Shown here in pieces: positions 29,085-38,485 of a stretch of 39,304 bases of DNA (within the stretch, counting starts at the first letter, position 1; each line of letters begins with the position of its first letter). The DNA is from an uncultured Gammaproteobacteria bacterium (GTDB lineage: Bacteria > Patescibacteriota > Microgenomatia > UBA10105). Below the pieces are notes generated by a model. It worked only from the letters and a program-made list of their open reading frames with translations. It made no database searches and was not told the DNA's origin. The stretch covers positions 39,120-78,423 of the forward strand of contig CAYLWN010000002.1 in assembly GCA_964387625.1 (NCBI GenBank). Reading direction: 5' to 3'. Made by a program: the position numbers and the translations under genes.

Positions 29085-30693
29085 AAGACTTCTTTTTATA
29101 GATAAATATATTAGATTCTTTCGGATAATTTGTGATTGGTTTAAAGGAATGAAGAAACAATTCAGGTCGAGACATGTCATAAGCATATGTAGGTATAATA
29201 ATTTCTTCATAATTATCCAGATTTGCGTTTATTGGTAAAGGGCGCCAGTCATAGTGTTGAATTTTTCCAAACATAATTATCCAATCAGGAGGCTCAGGAT
29301 CATTATATACATAAGCAGGTAACCAAGCTTTATTCTTAGAAAGAATTTTGTTATTAGAAGGTGAAATACGATTAATAAACCTGATTTTATCATCTAAATA
29401 AAATTGTAAAGGTTCAGTATTGTAATCAGGAGTAACAAATACAGTTTCGTTTCTTTGAATATTTTTGTTTAAATAATTTACTGTAACTTCTGTTGATGTT
29501 TTATATGATGAATTGGTAATCTCATGAAAATATGCAAACAACCAAGACTGGGAAGGAAATTTAAGAGATAAAACAGTAGTAAATAAATATAATCCGATAA
29601 CCATGAAACCTAAAATTTTACTTGACGAGTAAATTTTTTCTAAAACAAAACCAATAAGTAACAATAGCAACGGATAAATATTCATTGCATATCTGATATC
29701 AGAATGTGTAGTGAAATCAAGATTCTGTGTAGAAATAAAGGAAAAAAATAAAATATATAGTAAACATGTGGTTGATATAAATAAAATTTGTTTTTTAACT
29801 TTTTTATTTTTCAAACTCTGGACATATAGAATAAAAAACATTACCAATATTATTGGAATTCCTCCATTTCCATTGAAATCAGACAAATACCGTAAAAATA
29901 AATCTAATGCATTTGAAAAATTGAAATTTACTAACGCATAACCACTATTTCCTTCCCAGGGGCGTAAAATTATAAACCAAGGAAGAGTAAATATAATAAT
30001 TATTATACTCGGCAAAAGCAGCTTTTTTACCAAATAAATAATATTGATTTTTAAAATCAAAGAGGAAATAACCAGTGCTAAAAAAAAAGCAAAAAAGGAA
30101 GAGTAATTACTATAAAAAAAAGCAATACAGGCAATGATTAAATATTTCATATTAAATTTTTCTTTATTAAGGATAGATATGAAAAAATTAATCAATAGAA
30201 TTGATGTTAATGAAGTTAATGCATAATATCTGGTTTGATATGCATATAAAATAAACGGAACAGAAATACTGATAGCAATTACGGTTAACATTGTAGCTTT
30301 AGAACTTTGTGTTATTCTGAGCGCAAGTTTAAACAAAAATATAACAGTTAAAAGAGATAAAATGACAAATGGCAACCGGGCTGTAAAAGTAGAAATTCCA
30401 AAAATTGCGAAAGAAACTGCAGTCATATAATATTGTACCCATGGTGATGTATGATTAACTAAATTTTCGTTAAGTGTAATTCCGTTATAGATGCCCATGA
30501 TATTTGTTCCATCCCATCCATAAGGAATACCATATTTTAAAATGTTTTTTGCAAATAGAGCAGTTTCTGCTTCATCTCCCCACAAGGGATGTTTGACCAT
30601 TCCCACATACACAAAGAGAATAAAGATTAAATAAAATAATATAATTACAGGTTTATGTTTTATAAAACAATATAAGCCATTAATAATTTTCAT
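29071..30693 (-). CDS. ArnT/PMT-like GT-C membrane glycosyltransferase
   Basis: TM1 followed by LWGDEAE, FGISTFTARLP, QTRYY and RY motifs, then a periplasmic C-domain. Confidence 0.8.
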   Translation of the reverse strand: MKIINGLYCFIKHKPVIILFYLIFILFVYVGMVKHPLWGDEAETALFAKNILKYGIPYGWDGTNIMGIYNGITLNENLVNHTSPWVQYYMTAVSFAIFGISTFTARLPFVILSLLTVIFLFKLALRITQSSKATMLTVIAISISVPFILYAYQTRYYALTSLTSILLINFFISILNKEKFNMKYLIIACIAFFYSNYSSFFAFFLALVISSLILKINIIYLVKKLLLPSIIIIIFTLPWFIILRPWEGNSGYALVNFNFSNALDLFLRYLSDFNGNGGIPIILVMFFILYVQSLKNKKVKKQILFISTTCLLYILFFSFISTQNLDFTTHSDIRYAMNIYPLLLLLIGFVLEKIYSSSKILGFMVIGLYLFTTVLSLKFPSQSWLFAYFHEITNSSYKTSTEVTVNYLNKNIQRNETVFVTPDYNTEPLQFYLDDKIRFINRISPSNNKILSKNKAWLPAYVYNDPEPPDWIIMFGKIQHYDWRPLPINANLDNYEEIIIPTYAYDMSRPELFLHSFKPITNYPKESNIFIYKKKSFKID

Positions 30694-30742
30694 TATCTTA
30701 TAAACTATTGCTTTTTACCAATAAAGTCAATAAACTACAAAT

Positions 30743-32932
30743 GTGAAAAAATGGTTTTCTGACAATAAAATTGATATTCTATTTATAGTTACATTAATTG
30801 GATTAGTTTTTTTGTTTTTATATAGATTATTTTTACCCCACCCTCGTTTAATAGTTACTCCTGATTTTATTAAAAGCGATGCTTGGCATATTTTCATAGC
30901 AGGAAAATATTTATTACAACAATCTTTGATAAATCACACTTTTCCGATATGGACAAATCTGCTAGATTCAGGATTTCCATTACTTGGAGAAGGACAAGTG
31001 GGAATGTTTTTTCTTCCAAATATATTATTATTTGGATTTTTTGATTTTATAACAGCATTTAATCTTAGTCTTTTATTGTCTTTTTGTTTGATTGGAATAG
31101 GTATGTACGTTTGGTTAAGATCAATGAAGTATTCTTATTTACCTTCCTTTTTTGGAGCAGTTACATTAGAGTTTTCCGGAATTATGATCGCACATCTTAC
31201 TCATCAAGCTTTGATTCAGGGATTAAGCTTATTGCCTTGGGTGATGTGGGCAAGCTTGATGATATATAAAAAACAGAGTGCATTTTGGTTAGGGGTATTT
31301 GCTCTTTTTGCTTCACAACAATTATGTTCCGGTTTTCCACAAACATCAGTAGTTACATTATTATTTACTGGTAGTTATTATTTGTGGCTTGTATGGTTAT
31401 CACCACAAAAATTGAATAAAATATGGAGGTTCATTTGCGCAGTTTTGTTAACTATTGGATTATCAGCTGTTCAAATACTGCCTTCTCAGGAATATATTAA
31501 ACATACATCAGCTGAATATGGATTAGCGTTGCAGGATGCAACCAGATATTCTTTTTCTTTACCCCATTTAATGACATTTTTAAATCCATTTATTTTGGGA
31601 AATCCTCAAAATGGTACATATCCTGAGTTATTAAAAAATGGAGAAAATATTTTTTGGGAAAACTCGGGGTATATCGGTTTGATTCCTTTTATATTTATAG
31701 TTATTTTGTTTCTTTTTAGGAAAAAAACTCAATTTAGGGGAAAAAGTCTCAGTTTATTTTTATTATTTTCACTTATTATTTCATTTTTATTAATGTGGGG
31801 AAAATATTCACCATTTTATCTGCTTTATTCCTGGTGGCCACTAAACCAGTTTCGTGTACCAGCCAGATTCATTTGGATCTTTGACGTGTCTTTAATATTA
31901 TTAGCTGTTCAAGGATTTGAATTTACAATAATTTCCATCAAAAAAAATCATATACTAAAATATGTTCTAATTCTGTTGATAATCATTAATACTGGAGATA
32001 TATTCATAAATTGGTGGAATTATCACCTTTTGGGATCAAAAGATGAATGGTTAAATAAGCCGTCACTATCAAAATTGATAAACAATCAAGACAGAATAAC
32101 ATCATTATTCTTCGAGTATGATTATGAAAATCAATATAATAAAGGTTGGCAAGATAGTGAACCATTTGAATTTTTGCAAAACACGCTTTCACCTAATTCA
32201 AATTTACTATGGGATATACCCAGTAATGGCATAACAGGCGGAAGATTTTTAAGAAGATCTACCTATGTTGATAATTTATTTATGGATTCAATTTTAATAT
32301 CTACAAATAGTGCCTCTATGAGCTCAATTTCGATTAACTTATTAAAACTTCAGTCAGTTGATAAAATTATTTCTACAATACCTCTTAAAAGCAATGAGTT
32401 AAAACAAGAAATTTTGTTAACAAAAAACGATATTAATATATATTTATACTCAATAAATGATAGTATACCACGCGCATATTTGACAACGAATTTTGAAGTT
32501 GCCACAACTTTAGAAGAGGCGCAGGTAAAACTAATAAACAAGAATTTCATTGCAGGAAAAAGCGTCTTATTGGAAGAAAATATAAACATAGAAAATGGTC
32601 AAAAACAAGGTAAAGTAGAAATTGTTGAGAATAAAGATTTAATTATAAAACTAAAAGTTACTGACAATCAGGCAGCATCGGTTCTAGTGTTAGCAGATAC
32701 TTATTATCCAGGATGGGAAGCTAAAATAGACAATATGTCAACAAAAATATATCCGGCAAATATTAGGCAAAGAGCTGTTATCGTACCTCAGGGAAATCAT
32801 GAAATTGTATTTGAATATAAACCAAAAAGTTTTTTAGCTGGGGTATGGATTAGCGGAATAAGTTATTTAGTAATTATTTTTTATGGAATTTATAAAGCTA
32901 TTTTGTATCAAAAAAAATATTCAACAAAATAA
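30743..32932 (+). CDS. YfhO-family GT-C membrane protein
   Basis: PIW...SGFPLLGEGQ, YIG, FRVPARF, PRAY and LVLADTYYPGWEAKID...VPQGNHEIVFEYKP. GTG start. Confidence 0.88.
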   Translation: MKKWFSDNKIDILFIVTLIGLVFLFLYRLFLPHPRLIVTPDFIKSDAWHIFIAGKYLLQQSLINHTFPIWTNLLDSGFPLLGEGQVGMFFLPNILLFGFFDFITAFNLSLLLSFCLIGIGMYVWLRSMKYSYLPSFFGAVTLEFSGIMIAHLTHQALIQGLSLLPWVMWASLMIYKKQSAFWLGVFALFASQQLCSGFPQTSVVTLLFTGSYYLWLVWLSPQKLNKIWRFICAVLLTIGLSAVQILPSQEYIKHTSAEYGLALQDATRYSFSLPHLMTFLNPFILGNPQNGTYPELLKNGENIFWENSGYIGLIPFIFIVILFLFRKKTQFRGKSLSLFLLFSLIISFLLMWGKYSPFYLLYSWWPLNQFRVPARFIWIFDVSLILLAVQGFEFTIISIKKNHILKYVLILLIIINTGDIFINWWNYHLLGSKDEWLNKPSLSKLINNQDRITSLFFEYDYENQYNKGWQDSEPFEFLQNTLSPNSNLLWDIPSNGITGGRFLRRSTYVDNLFMDSILISTNSASMSSISINLLKLQSVDKIISTIPLKSNELKQEILLTKNDINIYLYSINDSIPRAYLTTNFEVATTLEEAQVKLINKNFIAGKSVLLEENINIENGQKQGKVEIVENKDLIIKLKVTDNQAASVLVLADTYYPGWEAKIDNMSTKIYPANIRQRAVIVPQGNHEIVFEYKPKSFLAGVWISGISYLVIIFYGIYKAILYQKKYSTK

Positions 32933-32933
32933 T

Positions 32934-34559
32934 TTATAATTCTTTTTTTTGTGCAACTATCATTTGAATTGGTGAGCCATTAAATAAATAGAAAATATAT
33001 GTGATTGGGAACAATATTACACTTAGTGTTAATAACACTATTGATAATATAGCCGTTTTAAACCACGATTTATATTTAGCAAATAAGTTTAAATTAGGTG
33101 ATATCAGATACAGAATACTCTGGGCAAATCCTAACGGTATATATTCAGGAGCATAGATAGATTTATTATCAATAATTCTAAAACCTTGTTTTTTAATAAG
33201 GTCAATCAACCCGGAGGGTGTGTAATGAAACATATGTCTAGGTGGATCTAAATGAAACCAGCGGTCACCAAAAAGATATTTTTCCCACGAGTTAAAATTG
33301 GGACATTCTATTATGAGATATCCTTTATTTTTCAGTAACCGATATGACTTTTTTAATGCTTTTAGCGGATATTTTAAATGTTCAAAACTTTCCCAAAAAG
33401 TTACAAAATCGAATGAATTATTTTTTTCTTTTATGCCTTCTATTCCGACAGTTTTGATTTTAAGATTTTTAATCTTAGCAAAAGGTGTTTCTATACCTAA
33501 ATAATTATATTTATCAGCATCAAGTTGATCGCCAATACTCCCATCTCCACATCCAATATCTATTATATTACCGTTATTTTTTAAAGATTGAATAATTTTT
33601 GGACGACGTATTTGAAGAATTTTATAAATTACAGTTTTTATTCTTGAATAATAAGTTGACGTGTAAAACTTGGATAAGTTTTCAGGTTGCGGATACGCAC
33701 ATCCTATTTTACACGGAGTACAAAAATTAATAGAAAAGTTTTTATGACTGACAGCATCTGTGACTTTATATTGTTTACGTACGATATTGCTTGTACAGAG
33801 AGGACAAATAGCAGTTTTAACTTTTAAAAAGGGACCGTTTGGACTGTGCATAAATTTAGCTTTAATATATTGATATAAAGTCAAAAATGTACCCAGTGCA
33901 TAAACTGAGCTTCGACGCATATTTGCAGTATGCATTTTGGAATGATAATCACATTGAACTTGTACTTCAGCCACCCTAAATTTGTAATAAACTGCCTGAA
34001 CTATTATTTCAAAACTGAATAAATAATCATCTGAATTTTGTTTATAAGGAATATTTTCCAGTAACTTTCGGGTATACATCCGGAAGCCGGAATGAAATTC
34101 AGTTAATTCTATACCCAAAACAAATTGATCTATAAACGACAAAGATCTGTTGGCAATAAATTTAATAAGTGGCATTTTGTGATCAAGAGCTTCTTTAGGG
34201 TGAATAAAGCGTGATCCGATAGCCAAATCAAAACCAGATTTTGCTTTCTCAATATATAAAGGTAAATTGATAGGATCGTATTGATTGTCTGGGTGATATT
34301 CGATAATAATGTCAGCACCTGCTGCCAAGGCTTTTTTAAAACAAACTTTTAAATTTCCTCCATAACCTAAATTAATGCTGTTTTTAAATACCTGTATATT
34401 CAGTTTTTTGGCAATTGCATAAGTATTATCAGAAGATGCATCATCAACTAAAATAACTCGGTTTATATATTTATGAGGCAGTCGTTGGTAAGCTTTTTTT
34501 AAAGTTTTTGCAGCATTATGAGCAGGCATAACTACAATTACCTTTGGGTGTTTTTTCAT
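32934..34559 (-). CDS. GT2 (polyprenyl-phosphate glycosyltransferase-like) fused to a Zn-ribbon class I SAM methyltransferase
   Basis: N-half: VVMPAHN, LVDDASSD, NLGYGG, GSRF, SGFRMY. C-half: CPLC..CTPC, IDIGCGDG, FEH, HLDPPRH. Confidence 0.88.
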   Translation of the reverse strand: MKKHPKVIVVMPAHNAAKTLKKAYQRLPHKYINRVILVDDASSDNTYAIAKKLNIQVFKNSINLGYGGNLKVCFKKALAAGADIIIEYHPDNQYDPINLPLYIEKAKSGFDLAIGSRFIHPKEALDHKMPLIKFIANRSLSFIDQFVLGIELTEFHSGFRMYTRKLLENIPYKQNSDDYLFSFEIIVQAVYYKFRVAEVQVQCDYHSKMHTANMRRSSVYALGTFLTLYQYIKAKFMHSPNGPFLKVKTAICPLCTSNIVRKQYKVTDAVSHKNFSINFCTPCKIGCAYPQPENLSKFYTSTYYSRIKTVIYKILQIRRPKIIQSLKNNGNIIDIGCGDGSIGDQLDADKYNYLGIETPFAKIKNLKIKTVGIEGIKEKNNSFDFVTFWESFEHLKYPLKALKKSYRLLKNKGYLIIECPNFNSWEKYLFGDRWFHLDPPRHMFHYTPSGLIDLIKKQGFRIIDNKSIYAPEYIPLGFAQSILYLISPNLNLFAKYKSWFKTAILSIVLLTLSVILFPITYIFYLFNGSPIQMIVAQKKEL

Positions 34560-35795
34560 TTAGTTAATTGTTACTTTGGGGACAGGAATGATAAATTTAC
34601 CACCTTGGACTTTGTATTTTTTTTCTTTATCCATAATTTCAAATGCAAAATTCCATGCAAGTATCAGTATATAATCAGGCTTAGTTTTCATTATTTCTGC
34701 TTCCGGAAATATGGGGATATGAGTTCCGGGAGTAAATAATCCCTGCTTATATGGTGTGGAATCGACAATATAATCTATTAATTTATCATTTATATGACAA
34801 TAATTTAATAATATATTTCCTTTAGCTGCTGCTCCATAACCTGCTATTGTTTTTCCTTGTTTTTTTATTTTTTTTAATGTTTTCTGCAGATTATCAGAAA
34901 CATGTTTAACTCTTTTGGCAAATTTTTGATACGTGGAAAAATTGTATAAACCATAATTATTTTCATTATCCAATAATTTTTTAATTTTTGCATTAATTTC
35001 TAATTTGATATTTTTTTTCTTAAAAACAACCCGCAATGATCCTCCGTCAATATTTGATCTAAAAACATCAAACAATTCAAGATTTACCCGCGAAGTCAAT
35101 TTTATTAAAGGTTTAATGGAAAAATATGATAAATGTTCATGATAAATCGTATCAAACTGATTATTTTTAATTAAATCCAATAAATATGGAAATTCACAAA
35201 TAAATACCCCATTAACTCCTAATAGAATTTCTACAGATTTAAACAAATCATATAAATTATCTATGTGAGCAACTACATTTGTGGCTGTTATAACATTTGC
35301 CTGTCCGTATTTTTTGTAAATTTTTTTAGCCAGCACGGGAGTAATATAATTATTGATAGTTGTTATACCTTTAAGTTCTGCAATTTTCGCTAAATTTACA
35401 GCAGGATCAATGCCCAAAGTTTTTATACCATATCCTTTAAAATAGGATAATAAACTACCGTCATTGCTTCCGATATCAATAACTAAAGAATTGTGGTTAA
35501 GTTTAAAATTTTTATTAGCGTATTCTGCAATTTCTGAAAAATTATTCATTCTGGTTTTGGAAGTTGAAGGAATGTATACATAGTTTTTAAACATTTCATT
35601 CGGATTAACAATTTCTTGAAGTTGTACTAGTCCGCATTTTTCACAAAGGCATGCATTTAGTGGAAAATATTTTTCAGGTTTACTTAACTGATTTTTAGTC
35701 AAAAAACCATTTGGTAAAGGAATGTTTCCAAGAGTTAAAAATAATTTTAGATTTGGATTACCGCAGATTCGGCAAGCTTTAACTTTTTTATACAT
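34560..35795 (-). CDS. NDP-hexose C-methyltransferase family (Zn-binding, SAM-dependent)
   Basis: CRIC...CEKCGLVQL, IDIGSNDG, ATNVVAH, FDTIYHEHLSYF, GYGAAAKG, KQGLFTPGTHIPI and LAWNF. Confidence 0.9.
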   Translation of the reverse strand: MYKKVKACRICGNPNLKLFLTLGNIPLPNGFLTKNQLSKPEKYFPLNACLCEKCGLVQLQEIVNPNEMFKNYVYIPSTSKTRMNNFSEIAEYANKNFKLNHNSLVIDIGSNDGSLLSYFKGYGIKTLGIDPAVNLAKIAELKGITTINNYITPVLAKKIYKKYGQANVITATNVVAHIDNLYDLFKSVEILLGVNGVFICEFPYLLDLIKNNQFDTIYHEHLSYFSIKPLIKLTSRVNLELFDVFRSNIDGGSLRVVFKKKNIKLEINAKIKKLLDNENNYGLYNFSTYQKFAKRVKHVSDNLQKTLKKIKKQGKTIAGYGAAAKGNILLNYCHINDKLIDYIVDSTPYKQGLFTPGTHIPIFPEAEIMKTKPDYILILAWNFAFEIMDKEKKYKVQGGKFIIPVPKVTIN

Positions 35796-35960
35796 AAGAA
35801 ATTGAAAATATTTTTACATTATAAGTCTTTATTTGTTATATCACAATAAGATTTAAATAATGTTCACGTCCATCTGTTCATCCCCCGGGTGTGCTAACTT
35901 GACACTTCCCGATTTGGATTATTTACGGTTTTTTTATGTAATTTATGATAATCTAAAATT

Positions 35961-36857
35961 ATGATCATTTTTATTATCGGATTTATTTTTATAATTGGAC
36001 TGTTTATCGGTTCATTTTTAAATGTGTTGATTGATAGACTGCCTCTTGAAAAAAATCCCTGGAAAGGCAGAAGTAAATGCGATTTTTGCAATCATTCGCT
36101 ATCTCCTCTTGATTTGATACCAATATTTTCATTTATAATACTTGGCGGTAAATGCAAGTATTGTCATAAAAAGTTATCATTCCAATACCCATTAATTGAA
36201 ATATTAACAGGGATTATGTATGTGAGTATTTTTGTTAATATTTCAAAATTATCAAACGTTCTAAATCCCTTCGACTTTGCTCAGGGAATAAAACTAACTG
36301 TCTTAAGTCTTCCTGTTTTATTGTCATATTTGTCTTTATTAGTCATTTTCTCTTCCTTTCTCGTTATCTTTGTTGCAGATGTCAAATATCAAATCATTCC
36401 TGATGAAATGCTGGTGAGTTTGGGAGTTGGAGTATTGTTGATGCTGGTAAGCAAGATTCCCGCTTTCGCGGGAATGACAATTAGGGGGGAAGATTCTTCG
36501 TTGGCATTCAGAATGACAACGGGGATGTTTAGAATAGCGATCCCCTATTTATTATCAGGTTTAACAACCGGTTTATTTTTCCTAACTATTTATTTAGTCA
36601 CAAAACGTAAAGGTATGGGGTTTGGAGACGTAAAATTAGCTCCACTTTTAGGATTATTTTTAGGATTTCCAAAAATAATTGTTAGTCTTTATATAGCTTT
36701 CTTGACAGGTGCAATTTTTTCAATCATACTGATTATATTAGGCAAAAAAGAGTGGAAAAGTAAAATTGCCTTTGGACCATTTTTGATAATCGGAGCGAGT
36801 TTAAGTTATTTTATCGGCGATTTAATCACAAAATGGTATATGAATTTTTTTCTATGA
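35961..36857 (+). CDS. pilD: Prepilin peptidase with REP-derived in-frame insertions
   Basis: GSFLNVLIDRLP, RSKCDFC, GKCKYC, YPLIE, D..YQIIPD, GMGFGDVKL and IAFGPF. Confidence 0.95.
   Translation: MIIFIIGFIFIIGLFIGSFLNVLIDRLPLEKNPWKGRSKCDFCNHSLSPLDLIPIFSFIILGGKCKYCHKKLSFQYPLIEILTGIMYVSIFVNISKLSNVLNPFDFAQGIKLTVLSLPVLLSYLSLLVIFSSFLVIFVADVKYQIIPDEMLVSLGVGVLLMLVSKIPAFAGMTIRGEDSSLAFRMTTGMFRIAIPYLLSGLTTGLFFLTIYLVTKRKGMGFGDVKLAPLLGLFLGFPKIIVSLYIAFLTGAIFSIILIILGKKEWKSKIAFGPFLIIGASLSYFIGDLITKWYMNFFL
36267..36290. repeat. CTGAGC/GTCGAAG-family REP (reverse) inside pilD
   Basis: cccttcgactttgctcagggaata, encoding PFDFAQGI. Confidence 0.7.
36454..36518. repeat. Two tandem GTCAT-family REP halves inside pilD
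   Basis: agattcccgctttcgcgggaatgaca (36454-36479) and agattcttcgttggcattcagaatgaca (36491-36518). Confidence 0.85.
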
Positions 36858-37402
36858 AAAAATACAAATTCGCAATGCCTTTCGTCAGGCAGGGGTTTAC
36901 CATGATTGAGTTGCTTATAGTTGTCGCATTACTGGGTATTTTAGGTACGGTTGGTGTTACTTCATATACAAATAGCTTGAAAGTTGGCCGGGATGCCAAA
37001 CGTAAAACCGATTTAGAAACTATCAGACAAGCTATGGAAATGTATAAAAGCGATTTTTCAACCGTTGGTTATCCTGATGCAATTTCAGGATCAGCTAAAA
37101 CCAGTAATTGTAGTTTATATAGAAGACTTGAGTGTTGTTTAACCTTATCTGGAACCGGTGCATGTTCTGTGCTTCCTTACAAAAGCAATGTTTATATTTC
37201 TCCAGCGAATTTTCCTAATGATCCGAAAAACAATCTAAATAAAAATGACTACTATTATCAGCGTTTGACTGCAAACACATATGTGTTAGGAACAATATTG
37301 GAAAATCCTCCAGCTACTGTTGATCCTACATGTGCAACTTATGACTGTAATACTATTAATTTTGGTGTTCAACCATGTAATTATTGTTTATCTCAGCCTT
37401 AA
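36854..37402 (+). CDS. Type IV pilin / GspG-like pseudopilin
   Basis: QG|FTMIELLIVVALLGIL, RDAKRKTDL, YP and PNDP; Cys-rich. ATG 36854 overlaps the pilD stop (ATGA). Confidence 0.9.
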   Translation: MKKYKFAMPFVRQGFTMIELLIVVALLGILGTVGVTSYTNSLKVGRDAKRKTDLETIRQAMEMYKSDFSTVGYPDAISGSAKTSNCSLYRRLECCLTLSGTGACSVLPYKSNVYISPANFPNDPKNNLNKNDYYYQRLTANTYVLGTILENPPATVDPTCATYDCNTINFGVQPCNYCLSQP

Positions 37403-37408
37403 ATCAAT

Positions 37409-37897
37409 ATGATAACTGCCTCTTCTGAATATAAAAATATTCTCAAAACAGGTTTTACTTTATTGGAAATCATGATCTCAATAACTATTATTGGGCTGCT
37501 ATTTACCGCAGGGCTTGCCAGATACATGGATTTTAATAAGACTCAGACTCTTAAGTCTTCGGTTTTGGATTTAAAAAATAATTTACGTGATATTCAAGCC
37601 AAAGCTAATTCTGGGGTCAAGCCTACTGGTTGTACCGGAACTTTTATAGGCTATGTAGTGCACTATATATCGACTACACAATATAATGTTTATGCAGATT
37701 GTATTACTACTAATGGTGCAATTAAAACCTATACTTTAATTGCGGGTACAAAATTTAATGCTTCATTTGCCGATATTACTTTTCTCGCATTAAATAAAGG
37801 TGTTAGTCCTGCTCCTACCACAATAACTATAAAACATACAGTGAATAATAAAACTGTAAATTTAAATATCACTGCTAGCGGAGAAATTTATGATTAA
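37409..37897 (+). CDS. Minor pilin (FimT/GspH-like)
   Basis: TG|FTLLEIMISITIIGLL and C-terminal ITASGEI. Confidence 0.88.
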   Translation: MITASSEYKNILKTGFTLLEIMISITIIGLLFTAGLARYMDFNKTQTLKSSVLDLKNNLRDIQAKANSGVKPTGCTGTFIGYVVHYISTTQYNVYADCITTNGAIKTYTLIAGTKFNASFADITFLALNKGVSPAPTTITIKHTVNNKTVNLNITASGEIYD

Positions 37898-37929
37898 ATT
37901 GTGAAGAAATACATTAAAACTTATTTGTT

Positions 37930-38385
37930 ATGCAAGTAATCAAATTTGGTAAAAATAACCAAGGTCAAGCCTTGCTAGAAGCAATTGTGGCTTTTGGAGT
38001 AGTTGCATTGGTTTTGGTGGCTTTGATTTCCGCAATTACTGTATCACTGGCAAATGCCCAATATGCCCGTAATAAAGCTCAAGCTACAAAATATGCTCAG
38101 GAAGCCATTGAATGGTTGCATCAACAAAGAGATACACAAACTACCGGTTGGTCAGGTTTTTACACAAAAGCAGGCGCAACATATTGTGTCAATAATTTAA
38201 GCAATTATTCCAGTATGACTGCTTCTTCATGCAGTACAAATATGACTGGTACAATTTTTGAAAGAGAAATGACTTTAACAGGAAACGTAGCAAGTGATAA
38301 AGTTACAGCTTTAATTAATGTTACATGGACTCAAGGAGCAAGAACTGCAAAAGTAGATTTAGAAACGGTTTTAACAAAATGGTAA
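37930..38385 (+). CDS. Minor pilin (PilV-like)
   Basis: QG|QALLEAIVAFGVV, ATKYAQEAIE and VTW. Confidence 0.85.
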   Translation: MQVIKFGKNNQGQALLEAIVAFGVVALVLVALISAITVSLANAQYARNKAQATKYAQEAIEWLHQQRDTQTTGWSGFYTKAGATYCVNNLSNYSSMTASSCSTNMTGTIFEREMTLTGNVASDKVTALINVTWTQGARTAKVDLETVLTKW

Positions 38386-38395
38386 TTTTTAACAC

Positions 38396-38458
38396 GTCAT
38401 TCCCGACCTGATCGGGAATCTTATTAATTTTTAAGATCCCCGCATTCGCGAGGATGAC
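38396..38458. repeat. Intergenic REPIN-like doublet (GTCAT family)
   Basis: gtcattcccgacctgatcgggaatct (38396-38421), a 12-nt AT spacer, then agatccccgcattcgcgaggatgac (38434-38458). Confidence 0.88.
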
Positions 38459-38485
38459 AATTATTAGTTTAGTTTTGTAATTGAT

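Noticed and set aside
35879-35893. GC-rich catcccccgggtgtg upstream of pilD as another REP class
   Set aside because: It is a single imperfect copy in this window, which is insufficient support.
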